64,000 bases of DNA from Octopus sinensis (Eukaryota): contig NC_043002.1 of assembly GCF_006345805.1 (NCBI RefSeq), positions 36,332,001-36,396,000 on the forward strand. The letters run 5' to 3'. The position numbers were made by a program, and so were the translations under genes. The notes beneath the pieces were generated by a model. It did not search any database, had not been told where the DNA came from, and saw nothing but the letters and a program-made list of their open reading frames with translations. Numbering within the stretch: the stretch's first letter is position 1; every line of letters starts with the position of its first letter. Positions 38,464 through 49,597 of the stretch are shown piece after piece.

Positions 38464-41120
38464 CAGTGGTTCTTAACTTAAGTGGGGGTGGATCAGTAAT
38501 TTCCAAGTGATGCGCGAGCCCTTGAGAAAAAGCAGTAACTTCTAATTATATTTGTTATTATCTTAACGAGAGCATGGTCAAATAAGTTTATGAAAAAAAA
38601 ATGCAAAAGTATCGCCTTATACCTTGAGTTTTCTTATTCTGCTATCTTAGTGCCGCTTACCATTTTTTGTACTTATTGACCCCCCTCCTTTATATCCCAC
38701 AAAACCCTCACAAATTCTGAATTGTAGCTTTAACATTTGCTTTTATTTTGGGATCTTTTCGGTTTAACGAAATTATTATTATTTTTTTGTTGCAAGACCC
38801 AGGTTAAGAACCACCAGTATAAAAGCTTATGTATTATCGTGTAAAGACAAACATCTTTTTCACTTAATAGATTATAAGCAAGTTTGATCCACAGTTTTCA
38901 TATATATGAAATAATGTTTCTTAAAAATCAAGAAACGTGCTGAAGCATTATCAAATCATTATAGTAACATACTCAGAAATATTAACTTAATTTAAAAAAT
39001 TGAAAACTATTCTTAAATTTTTTTTTTGTAAGAAAAATGTTAAACTAAAATTCAGTTTTAAATATTCCAGAAAGCACTAGCTAAAAAAACTAAAGCTATG
39101 CAAAATCTTTTCTTTCACCCTTTCATTACCAACCCGGCTGAAACCGGTTCTGTAGTACAAACGTCTTGTTTTCATAAGTTCTGAATTAAAATCTTCCACC
39201 AAACCTAAGTCACAATTTATGTTCCTAACACTAGCTGAATGATAAAGTTATTTTACTAAATTCTTTGTTATATTTAAAGTTATTGAAAGAAACACAGAGC
39301 ATCTCAAAATAAATACAGTAACGAATGGGTTAAAGAAACTTTGTTTCTTATTTTGTACAAATAAATACCATATTTTATTGTACAAATTTTTCATATAACT
39401 TTTATTTTAAATTATAAAATTTTGGGGGCTAGCATTTTAACTTGGGCCTTGACATTACCTTACACGTGCCTCAGCTTTTGTTCACAGATTTGTGTTGTCT
39501 ACTGCACATCAACTAATTTGCAATGAGTACAAAGAAATCCAAGTATCTTGAATATATTCAATTTGGATTCATGTCCCCCCAAAAGGGTGACACAGAAGTC
39601 CCCCAGTGTGTGATGTGTTACAAAAATTTTAGCAATGATAGAATGCAACCCTCACGCTTGGAATGCCACTTGAGGACAACACCTCCTGGTCTTGCAGACA
39701 AGCCCAAGGCATTCTTTGAAACAAAAAAGACATTCCTTGAAGCAAGCTGAGTTGGACAGTAATGGGGCATTTCAGCAACAAACTTCAATGGTTGTTGAGA
39801 CTTCTTATGAGATCACCATGTTGACTGCAAAGAGCAAGAAGAGCCATAACATCGGAGAGTCTCTCATAAAATCAAGTCTACTCAGTGTAGCAGAACTTGT
39901 TCTGGGGAAAGATAGTGCAAAGAAGCTTTCTCAGATTTCACCATCAAACGATATAGTCTAGGGAAGGATTGATGACTTATCTCAAGACACTAAAGATCAA
40001 ATTCTCGACCAAATAAGATTCTCCTGTTTTTTGCCATCCTGTGTGATGAAACGACTGACATCGCTCAGTGTTTTCAGCTACTGGTATATGCTCATTTTGT
40101 GTCAGGCAACTGGGTAAAAGAGGAAATGTTGTTCTGTCACCCTATGGATAGTTGTGCAACAGCTATTTTTCATGATGTATCAAACTTTTTTCAGGAAAAC
40201 CAACTTTCGTGGGATTCACTGGTAGGAGTGTGCTCTGATGGAGCCTAGGGTGAAAGAAAAAAAAATCCATCTGTTGTAGGTACACACTGCATATTTCATT
40301 ACGAAGCCTCAGCATCCAGAACCTTATCTACTGAAATGAGAAATGTCCTGAATGTGTTATCAAGGTTGTCAACTTTTAAAGGCAGAGCCTTAAACAGTCA
40401 TCTTTTCAAACTGTTGTGTAAAGATATGGAATTTGAACATAAACATTCTCATGCATCACAACACCATTCGAACCTTCATGGCCAAACTTGACCTCGAGAA
40501 ATGTCGAATTCAGCAGGGAAATACTTGTTACTTGGATTCTACTCTCTTGATTCTGGATTAAGAAACAATCTCTCATCTAACTGACTTGAAAATGGAATTT
40601 ATCAGATACTTCCCAGATATAGATGAAAAGCGTGAAGCTTGGAAATTCATCAGAAACCCATTTGTGTGAAGTGACTGTTTTGGATGAAGTGCAAGAGTAG
40701 TTTCTTGAGCTGAAGTTCAACTCCCCAGCTAAGGAAGACTTCAAAGCTGCATTTTCCATTCTCGTTGCTGCCAAGACCAAGTACAGAAACAGGCTGAACG
40801 TTGAAAGGGACTTACATTGGTGCACTCTCTGGCATTCAACCACACATTCAAGATCTTGTTGCTAAGAAGTGGTGTCCAGTATCTCACTAATGTGACTAAT
40901 TCATATTCAATAAAAAAAAACAACTTTTTTTTGCTAAGAAGCAGTGTCAAGTACCCCACATTTTGTATAATGTGATTATATATAAAATCCTACATATTTT
41001 GTATAATGTGACCAATTCATATTTAAAATCTGGGAAGGAATTTTATTCATAGATGCAAGGGGGTGTGGAGAGGACAAATTCCTAAGGGAGGCATGGTTGT
41101 AAAAAGGTTAAGAACCACTG
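38464..41120 (+). mobile_element. Decayed hAT (Buster/Charlie-type) DNA transposon with frameshifted transposase
   Basis: TIRs cagtggttcttaac / gttaagaaccactg; 8-bp flanks CTTTAAGT / GTATAAGT (nnnTAnnn). BED finger PQCVMCYKNFSN..PSRLECHL at 39523+; SHNIGESLIK...SPSND. Confidence 0.85.
39118..39329. mobile_element. piggyBac-type MITE
   Basis: ccctttcattacc...gtaacgaatggg|ttaa; same family as 52570-52786. Confidence 0.8.
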
Positions 41121-42255
41121 GTATAAGTTAAAGATTTAGCTGCTCTTTCTAGCATGTTGATAGACCTCGTTAGGGGAACCTTTTTAGCATCATTAAGGGC
41201 ATGCTTTTTGGTAAATTTTTACAATCAGACTCCCACACATTTCACTAAAAAAAAAACTTGAAACACATACTGTTTTCATGATCAAATTGGCGATTTACTA
41301 TGCTTGAAAATACCTGTTCATCTTGATAAAATGGAGGCCCAACGTATATGTCTGTCCTCAACAGTCCTTCGGTATTAGCAGACGATATCATTCACCCACG
41401 CAACCTTCCTTCATGACAGATAAAGAGGCTAGGCTGAAACAGAGGATGACTGACGTCGTCTCCTCATGCCGACACCGTATAATAATACCAAAGGCTTGCC
41501 TCCTCCCAACTCATTTTCATAACACCTCCCTCCACCTGTATTCACCATTCATATGCTGGAAAGTTTTAATTTAAAATACTATTTTAAAATGAGAGGTTTT
41601 GTATCCCAGAACTAGAGGTTGGTCATGGATAGGTTGGTATTGAAAAGGTTAATATATGTTAACTTACTGTGTTCATTGTCAAATATTTTGTTTCTGAATA
41701 TGTAATTGGTTCCTGTCTGATATTGTGTATAATATCTATGAAGAGGACACTTGATGGCAGTTGGAAATTTTGTAAATATACTGTAAATTTATTCATAAAG
41801 TTGAGCTTAATAGACCAATTATAATCTTAACTCATCAGAGATTTACATTGTACTTGAATTTTTTGTTCAATCTGCACTGCATGCTTTATAAACAGCTTGT
41901 AGCACTTTTTTCTAGCACATATTGTCACTAATATCCAAGATGTGATAATTGCTTCTCTAATTTAAATTTTAAAGTTACTTGGAAGAGGAAGGGCAGTGCC
42001 TCCAAACCATTTTGGGTACTGCTAGAAAGCTAATAGACAGCCAGGTTAATATGGGTACACAGTTAGGACTTCTCTTAACTACCCTAATTCTCAATTGATT
42101 CTTTGGATCTCTTCTGATATGCAATGAATCGCGTTCAATTCTGTCTTCCTCACTCTCACTACCAATTAAGAAAAAGGAAGTGTTTCTGTTAACATTGTTT
42201 TCTTCTGTTATCTATGAATCTTTTTCAAATCCTGCAATGCTTTTTCTTGTTGCAG

Positions 42256-42315
42256 CTTTATAAACAGCTATTACTTATGAAAAAGGAGTATGCCCGGAAG
42301 AAAAAGAGACTTGAA
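42256..42315 (+). CDS. PALB2: PALB2 coding exon 2 (coiled coil)
   Basis: ttgcag|CTT...GAA|gtaagc; LYKQLLLMKKEYARKKKRLE versus human [20 protein letters not shown]; same 60 nt, phase 0-0. Confidence 0.88.
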
Positions 42316-43476
42316 GTAAGCAAGCAGAAACCTGTTTCTTTTTATTTATATTTTGACTGATTTTTTTTTTTAAGAATTGATTTTTAATAGATTTATGTTA
42401 ATGATTATATGATGATGATAGTTTGTTTCTTTCAAAAGATCATAAGGAAGATCAGTACACTTTTAAGTGCCTATGTAACCCAATCATTGATGTTGTATTC
42501 CTTTTCTTTCTACCTGCACTTAGTAGTTCTAAAGTGAGTCAGTCTATGCAATTTGTTCCCACTCTTTAAACTTGGAGATCTAACCACAGTGGTTCAGCAA
42601 GCTAAGACTGCTGCAGTGATCAGCGAGCTTTAGATTTTCCATTGGAGAGCTCCTCTCCTTGGTGAGTTGCCATGCAGGGCTGGAAAGCTTCACATAACCT
42701 GGAATTGCTGGAAGAGTGTCAGAGGGCACAGAACTATCTGAAGGACTCTCCACTCCTAGATTTGCTGTTGAGGTTAACTCCCCTTTTCCTTTCCCAAGGC
42801 ACTCATAATGCAGGGAGGATGTGTGTTTAGAGATTTTTTCATAACATGCTAATTATTCTAGAGTTGGGATCCTGGCAGTGCTACTACTCCAGGTCAGAGT
42901 AGATCTGGGAACAATCATGGCTAAGAAGTGGTTCTGCATTCATCAAGACCCTGGATACAGTTTAGTCATCCCAATAATTATATTGTTGAAATCTAATATA
43001 ATAAATGCAAGAATTTATTTTTCTGTATCAGTGTGTCACACTTAGATCCCTCTCTCACTATTTAATGGCACTTCTATTCCTCATGATGGGATAAGAGTAA
43101 TAGTAGGCAGAGATGGTGAGGGTGGTGGTGAAAACAGATAAAGGAAAACAGGGAGGCAGAAATTTAGGGAAAGTTGTTTTATTAAAAGTAGTATATTGAT
43201 GGTAGCAGTGGGGGGGGGGATAATAAAAGAAAGAGTGGGTATGTGAGAGAGAGGGAGATGATGTACAACTTTGTTTAACCATGTCTCTTTGACAGAAATT
43301 CCTGTTGCCAATATACTGAGCACCATCATTTTTGTTTTATCTTTTGCTTTCTTTAATACATACACATCCAATACACTTTAATTGAAATAAGTTTCCCTAA
43401 AATTAAACATATTTAATATAACAAATGTGAATGTCAAGTGTGTCACACTTTTTCAACATTAATAAATCCTTTCTAC

Positions 43477-43836
43477 TGGAAGCACAAGGCCTCAAATTTT
43501 GGGAAGGAATTAAGTCAATTACATCGACCCCAGTATGTAACTGGTACTAATTTTATCGACTATGAAAGGCAAAATCAACCTCGGTGGAATTCATTCAAAC
43601 CCTAACAGCAGACGAAATACCTATTTCTTTACTACCCACAAGGGGCTAAACACAGAGAGGACAAACAAGGACAAATGGATTAACTCAATTATATCGACCC
43701 CAGTGCATAACTGGTACTTATTTAATCAACCCCAAAAGGATGAAAGGCGGAATTTGAACTCAGAACATAGCGGCAGACGAAATACCACTAAGCATTTTGC
43801 TTGGCATGCTGACAATTCTGCCAGCTCGCCACCTTA
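43477..43836 (-). mobile_element. SINE dimer: one tRNA head and two Nin-type bodies with different 3' tails
   Basis: Head at about 43790-43834; body A ends gccccttgtgggtagtaaagaaatag (43622); body B restarts at gtatttcgtc and ends ggccttgtgcttccagtagaaaggatt. Confidence 0.85.
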
Positions 43837-44214
43837 ATATGATATAGTAATATGATATAATAAATGTGAATGTCAGTGTGTCACGCTTTTCCAGCTTTAC
43901 TCTTAGAGGCTTTAGCCCAACATATATCATTTTTGGAATTGGGCCCACCCTGTGAGTAAATTGAAAACATTCCAGGCATAATCTGGACCCACAATCCTGA
44001 AATTTTGGATTCCCAAGTTTTCATTACTGTGATAGCTCAGAGATTCTCAAACTTTTGAGCCCCCAACCCATGGCCACATAATAGCCTCAGCACCCCTAGT
44101 TATTGGATTGATACACTACCTTTCTTGGATCTAAAGGTGCATGTGTGTAACATATATCACAAAGGATTTTGTTTGACACTGCCTGTCTACCACTTAATAA
44201 TATCAATAATACTT

Positions 44215-45234
44215 TCTACGGAACCCGAAAATACGTTCCGTAATCGCTGGGTCGAATGTGGGACATGTCTCATCTCTGTCTGCCTCCAATGTGCCACGGA
44301 CTTTCAGAAGATCCCAGGCCAAAAAAAGAGCCATCATAATGCTATGATGGATAGACTCTGGAAGATGGTTCAGCTTAAGTCTTGGACTTTTCAGTGTCAG
44401 GCCTGCGTGCCTCCACAACCGACGATTGTCTCCCCCTGCCACTCCCTGGGAGGAGGCGGAACAGCAACAGCAGCAACAACAAAATCAACCACAACCAGAG
44501 CAGCAGCAACAACAAAATCAACCACAACCAGAGCAGCAGCAGCAACAACATCAACAACAACAACAACAACAAAATCAACCACAACCAGAGCAACAGCAGC
44601 AACTACAACAACACCAATTGACCAGTGCGGTTCTTGCAGAACTGCAACAATCGATCTGTGCTTTAAAAGGGGAAGTAGCAGGAATAAAAGCAACCATTCA
44701 GGTTGGACTCCACAATGAGGGGTCTTATCGGAATGCTCTGCTAAAGAACCTCCCTGTACCTGTACCTCTTGTCGCATTTAAGACCGCGGATTCTGCCACC
44801 CATGAAGTCATTGCCATTGGGGTACCAGAAGACATGGCTGATCTTCAGGCTTTTGCTGCCAACTCAGCCAAAGACCTAGGCTACGTTCCCCCAACGGGTG
44901 CTATCCGCCTTGGACGACCTGGCCCAAAACCTAGTTGTCTTTTACGGACCCCACTGAGGCAACCTCTTACCATCTGGCCTCAGTTAAAGCTGGGCGGGAA
45001 AATCGGACCACCTTCCGAACACGCCCAGGCTTACCGTCCGATGTATGTCCGAAGCTACGTGTAGTGGCTGCCCTGAATAGGAACTCAGCTCTACAGGAAA
45101 GCTTCAGTCTTCGGGAAGATGGACAAATCTGGAGATTTGTCAAGACTGCTGAAACGTGGAAGAGAGATACCAGCTGGTCTGAGTGCTCTCTACCCACAAT
45201 AACTAAAAAGACTACAGCAACTCAGGGAAACTAA
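44215..45234 (+). pseudogene. CR1 ORF1: 5'-truncated PHD-like finger, polyQ, coiled coil, RRM-like; two frameshifts
   Basis: WVECGTC..C..C...WTFQCQAC, then a shift near 44430 to QQQ...SYRNAL...AIGVPE...IRLGR, then a shift near 44935 to SFTDP...ATQGN*. Confidence 0.8.
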
Positions 45235-45290
45235 GCCAGAACAACCTGCCATCCTCTACACACCATCATAAACTGCGAGCAGGGTACAAA

Positions 45291-48053
45291 TTGTTGTCCT
45301 TAAATGCTCGCAGTTTATGCAACAAAATACATTTGTTCAACGCCTACGTCAGAAGTGTTGACCCTGACTTCATCACTGTCACGGAAACATGGGCGCATTC
45401 CTTACTCTGTGATGGGGTTTTCAACATTACGGGGTACAACCTCTTCCGTAAGGACCGCACTAACCGCCGTGGTGGTGGTGTGATGGTCTACGTTCGTTCA
45501 AATTTTTTGGTAATTCCTTGTGCCGATTTGAACGAATCACAAGAAGTTTTTTTCTGTGACGTGCGTATGACCATGTCAACACTCCTGCTTGGCGTTGTTT
45601 ATCGTCCCCCAAGTTACCATCGGGACACACAGCTTTGCAATGTCCTCCGAGCTGCTGCCAGGAAAACAGCCACTTATGTGTTTATTGCAGGCGATTTCAA
45701 TCATCCTGAGATCGATTGGGAGACCTTCCATTGGCCACAGAGTGCAAACGATTTTGTTGAGCTTGTGCTGGACTCAAACTGGTCACAAGTAGTCACCTCT
45801 CCAACAAGAGGCGACAACACCTTGGACCTGCTCTTCACCACAACTCCTGAAGCGGTTATCAATTGCACTACGGAGGAACCTCTAGGTGACTCTGATCATG
45901 CTATGATCATCGCCAATCTGGCTCTTGCGGGCAACGAAAACCTGAACCATCTACAATCTGCTTCCTTCGATTGGAAGAGAGCAGATTGGAACCTGTACCA
46001 CACTGAACCACAGCACCCAAACTGGCGTGAATTCTACAACTCTGGAGATGTGAATACTATACTCCAGAGTATCCTGGACTCAATATGGGCAGCATGTGCA
46101 GCATCAGTGCCACGTAAACAAAAAAAGAACCACCGCCCCAAAAGGGCAATTTGGGAAACTTCAGCGGTCCGACTTGCCAGGAGGGAATGTCGGACTGCTG
46201 AACGGGAATACAGGTTGCATAAATCAGACACCAACAGGAAGAAGCGGAATAAATCCTCCAACCATCTCAAGCAAGTGACAAAAAAAGCAGTGCTTGAATT
46301 TGAACAGTGCATAGCAGCCAATCCTGACAGCAAGGTTTTCTGGAAATATGTGCACTCAAAGCAGAGACCTCACTCTCCAGTGGGCCCTCTTCGCAACCCT
46401 CACACAAACCAGATCACTGACGACCCCAAGGAATGCGCAGAACTCATTGCCGAGTGCTATGCAAACATATTCACTGTTGAAAGTCAAAATGTACCATCTT
46501 CACCATCACTAACAGCAAACTCCAAAACAACTATGGAATTTACACCTGCAATGCTGCGACGTCACCTTCAAAATAAGCGCAACTATGCCTCCCCTGGTCT
46601 CGATGGAGTTACATACCTGCTTCTCAAACGTGGCAGGCACTTCCTTTTACACCAGCTTTCTATTTTCTTCCAGTACTGTCTCAACAATGGTGCTACTCCG
46701 GAGCAGTGGAAAACTGCCAGTGTCATTCCTCTGTTCAAAAAGGGCGACCGCACATCACCTGTCAACTATCGCCCAGTCAGTCTCACTAGCTGTATTGCAA
46801 AACTGATGGAATCGTGTGTCAGAGAAACACTCTGGAACTTCTGGAGCTCTCACAGTCTCATCCGACCCTCACAATATGGATTTGTCCCTAACTCCAGCTG
46901 CAGTGACCAGCTTGTCGAGTTCCTTGAGGACATTACTCAGATTACTGACAGTGGCTCATGGGTGGATGTTGTCTACCTTGACTTTGCTAAGGCTTTCAAC
47001 TCTGTGCCACACAAAAGGCTTATGGTGAAACTCTCTGCAATGGGTGTGGGGGATGACCTTTTTAACTGGTTGAAATCCTTCATCCTCAGCCGAAAGGAGG
47101 TAGTCACAGTTCTAGGACAGCACTCTACACCATATGAGATGTCATCGGGTGTACCACAGGGATCTGTCCTTGGTCCCCTCTTGTTTGTGGCATACATTAA
47201 CGACATAGATGCCAATTTAAAGAATGCCACAGTATTGAAATATGCAGACGACATCAAGCTGTACCTTGAAATCAAGAGGACAGATCCTGATGTCTACAAC
47301 TCTTTCCTGCAATCAGACCTAGACACAATGCAGCAATGGATCACAGACTGGCAACTGAAACTGGCTGTGGACAAGTGTACCACCATGCATTTTGGGAGAA
47401 AAAACCCTGCGTTCACTTACTCCCTCCACAACACTGATATCAAGAAATCCTCTTGCGAGCGTGACCTAGGCATCACTGTCAGCAGTGATTTGCGTTGGTC
47501 AAAGCATATCTCTAAGATTGTCAGGAAGGCCGAGGGTGTCTTGGCATCACTCAGCAGGTCTTTTGTTAGCCGCTCTCCAGCCATCTATTTAAAACTGTAT
47601 ACAGCTATGGTACGACCACACTTGGAATTCGCATCATCAGTTTGGAACCCCTATCTTGCACAGAACATTGACCTCCTGGAATCTGTCCAGAGACGTGCAA
47701 CCAAACGCATACCCTCCATCAGACACCTACCATATTCTGAGCGCCTTGTTTCCCTGGGCATGGATTCACTGAAGCTCCGGCGTTTGGCGACGGACTTGGT
47801 AAACACCCACAAAGTTATCAACCACCTCACCAACAACAACACTGAACACCTTTTTGATCTCCATGTGTCTAACACACGTGGACATGCCTACAAAGTCAGA
47901 AAACAATACAGCTCCCATGACTTTCGGAAACATTTTTTCACGCTCAGAGTTGCTGAAGCATGGAATAAACTGCCTGCGTCAGTTGTTGACTGCCATGACA
48001 CTGCATCTTTTAAGGCCCTCATGCTTTCCGAAATCCGCCGAAACTACACCTGA
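45291..48053 (+). CDS. CR1 ORF2: APE endonuclease and reverse transcriptase (920 codons; frame open from 45207, no 5' ATG)
   Basis: APE motifs NARS, ETW, YRPP, GDFN, SDH; RT motifs PGLDG, NYRPVSL, QYGF, DFAKAFNSV, GVPQGSVLGPLLF, YADD. Confidence 0.97.
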   Translation: MLSLNARSLCNKIHLFNAYVRSVDPDFITVTETWAHSLLCDGVFNITGYNLFRKDRTNRRGGGVMVYVRSNFLVIPCADLNESQEVFFCDVRMTMSTLLLGVVYRPPSYHRDTQLCNVLRAAARKTATYVFIAGDFNHPEIDWETFHWPQSANDFVELVLDSNWSQVVTSPTRGDNTLDLLFTTTPEAVINCTTEEPLGDSDHAMIIANLALAGNENLNHLQSASFDWKRADWNLYHTEPQHPNWREFYNSGDVNTILQSILDSIWAACAASVPRKQKKNHRPKRAIWETSAVRLARRECRTAEREYRLHKSDTNRKKRNKSSNHLKQVTKKAVLEFEQCIAANPDSKVFWKYVHSKQRPHSPVGPLRNPHTNQITDDPKECAELIAECYANIFTVESQNVPSSPSLTANSKTTMEFTPAMLRRHLQNKRNYASPGLDGVTYLLLKRGRHFLLHQLSIFFQYCLNNGATPEQWKTASVIPLFKKGDRTSPVNYRPVSLTSCIAKLMESCVRETLWNFWSSHSLIRPSQYGFVPNSSCSDQLVEFLEDITQITDSGSWVDVVYLDFAKAFNSVPHKRLMVKLSAMGVGDDLFNWLKSFILSRKEVVTVLGQHSTPYEMSSGVPQGSVLGPLLFVAYINDIDANLKNATVLKYADDIKLYLEIKRTDPDVYNSFLQSDLDTMQQWITDWQLKLAVDKCTTMHFGRKNPAFTYSLHNTDIKKSSCERDLGITVSSDLRWSKHISKIVRKAEGVLASLSRSFVSRSPAIYLKLYTAMVRPHLEFASSVWNPYLAQNIDLLESVQRRATKRIPSIRHLPYSERLVSLGMDSLKLRRLATDLVNTHKVINHLTNNNTEHLFDLHVSNTRGHAYKVRKQYSSHDFRKHFFTLRVAEAWNKLPASVVDCHDTASFKALMLSEIRRNYT

Positions 48054-48102
48054 TTATATATACACTTTAGATGAGTTGTAGTGCACCTGAGCACTGTACA
48101 CA

Positions 48103-48140
<38 letters not shown>

Positions 48141-48254
48141 TACAGGCACTAGTCCTGCAATGTTGTGGGAGGGAGTACCTGAAAGAAACTGGAATGTTGC
48201 AATATTTTATTCACTTAGTTTTGTATGCTTACACTTTTATCACCTTAAAAGTAT

Positions 48255-49290
48255 TCTCCTTTTGAAGCAATGCCTTGGCCCAGAAGCATTTTCCACTGTT
48301 CGAAGCAGTTCTGGATCTTTTGCTAAGTGATGCCTTTTAATGCCTCTTCCACATATGCAAAGCATTTTCCTTTAAGGACTTTCATTCGGGGGAACAAAAG
48401 AAAGTTGCAGGGAGCAAGATCAGGTGAATAGGAAGGGTGGGTAAGCGGGATTGGGGTCACATGCCAGTTTTGGTCAAATACAGTCTCACACTCAAGGCAG
48501 TGTACACGGGTGCATTGTTGTGATGAAATCACCACTCTCCACTTTGCCACTGATTGGGGCATATTTCATATCACCTCATCTTGCAGACACTTCAGAACTG
48601 CCAAGTAAAATGTCTGGTTAATAGTTTGACCAGAACAAACAAATTCTGTGTGAACAATTCCTTTTTTATTGATAAAACAAATCAGCATTGTCTTGATACT
48701 GGACTTCACTTGACGCACTTTTGGTGGGGTATGGTGACATTGAATGTTTCCATTGGCTTGATTGCTGCTTTGTTTCTGGATCATAGTTGTAGCATCAGCT
48801 TTCGTTACCAGTGATAACTTTCAAAAAAATGGTTTGGATCAACTTCCAACTGTTCTTTCAGTTCGTGGCCTGCATTTTGTCGTGAGCAAGTGAGGTACAA
48901 ATTTTGCTGCAACTCTTTTCATTTGAAATTCCTTGCTCAAAATTCATTGGCAGGAGCTCCAAGACACACCAGTTATATCAACAAGTTAGTCAGTTGTTCA
49001 GCAACAGTCTTCTAAGACCAGTTCATGAATTTTCATGATGTTTTCATTTGTTTGGGAAGTTGGTCTTCAAGTGACCATTCCTAAAGTGTGAAAACCACTT
49101 GTAAGCCTGTTTTGGCTGCCATTTTCCCCAGCAGGAAACAGAATTTCATGGAAGCAAGCTGTCCCTTCCTTTCACCCAACCCCAAAATTAGTGAACAGGC
49201 GAGAATCACTGCCAAACAGATGCACCATGTGGCAGTATGACTACACATGATGCCACTGGCTGGCAGATTGATGCCTGAGGGTTGCATCAA
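48255..49290 (-). mobile_element. Decayed mariner transposase remnant
   Basis: MKFCFLLGK, KVRQVKSSIKTMLICF..KGIVHTEFV, HPSYSPDLAPCNFLLFP. Confidence 0.85.
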
Positions 49291-49597
49291 GTGGCTTCTA
49301 GCTGTGGGATCCTGAACTACAACGGGCTTGTTTCATAGAACATTTCCAGTTATTTTTAAGTACCTCCTCATGGTTGATTACATTGATCCCTGTGATCAAC
49401 TGGTACTTTATCAACCCTGAAAGGATGAAAGGGAAAGTCAACCTGGTTGGAATTTGGACTCAGTACGTTAAGCTTATAATAATAAAAAACAAAGTAAGAA
49501 GGTCCAGCAATTATTGCAAAACCTTTGACTTAGTATTGGAATTCTTTTTGTATTTTAATGACGACTAAAATTCTTTTTTTTTAAATTTCTTTTGCAG

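Larger units (their letters stand above)
44210..48140 (+). mobile_element. Young near-full-length CR1-clade LINE in PALB2 intron 2 (sense), (TTA)n tail
   Basis: ORF1 remnant plus intact ORF2; CR1 C-terminal signature TRGHAYK...FFTLRVAEAWNKLP; (TTA)n at about 48101-48140. Confidence 0.95.

Noticed and set aside
44375-44777. Overlapping low-complexity ORFs (polyL, polyV, polyN, polyT)
   Set aside because: Alternative-frame and antisense shadows of the CAG/CAA repeat in LINE ORF1.
45589-48081. Several short ORFs on both strands
   Set aside because: Shadows of the stop-poor CR1 ORF2.
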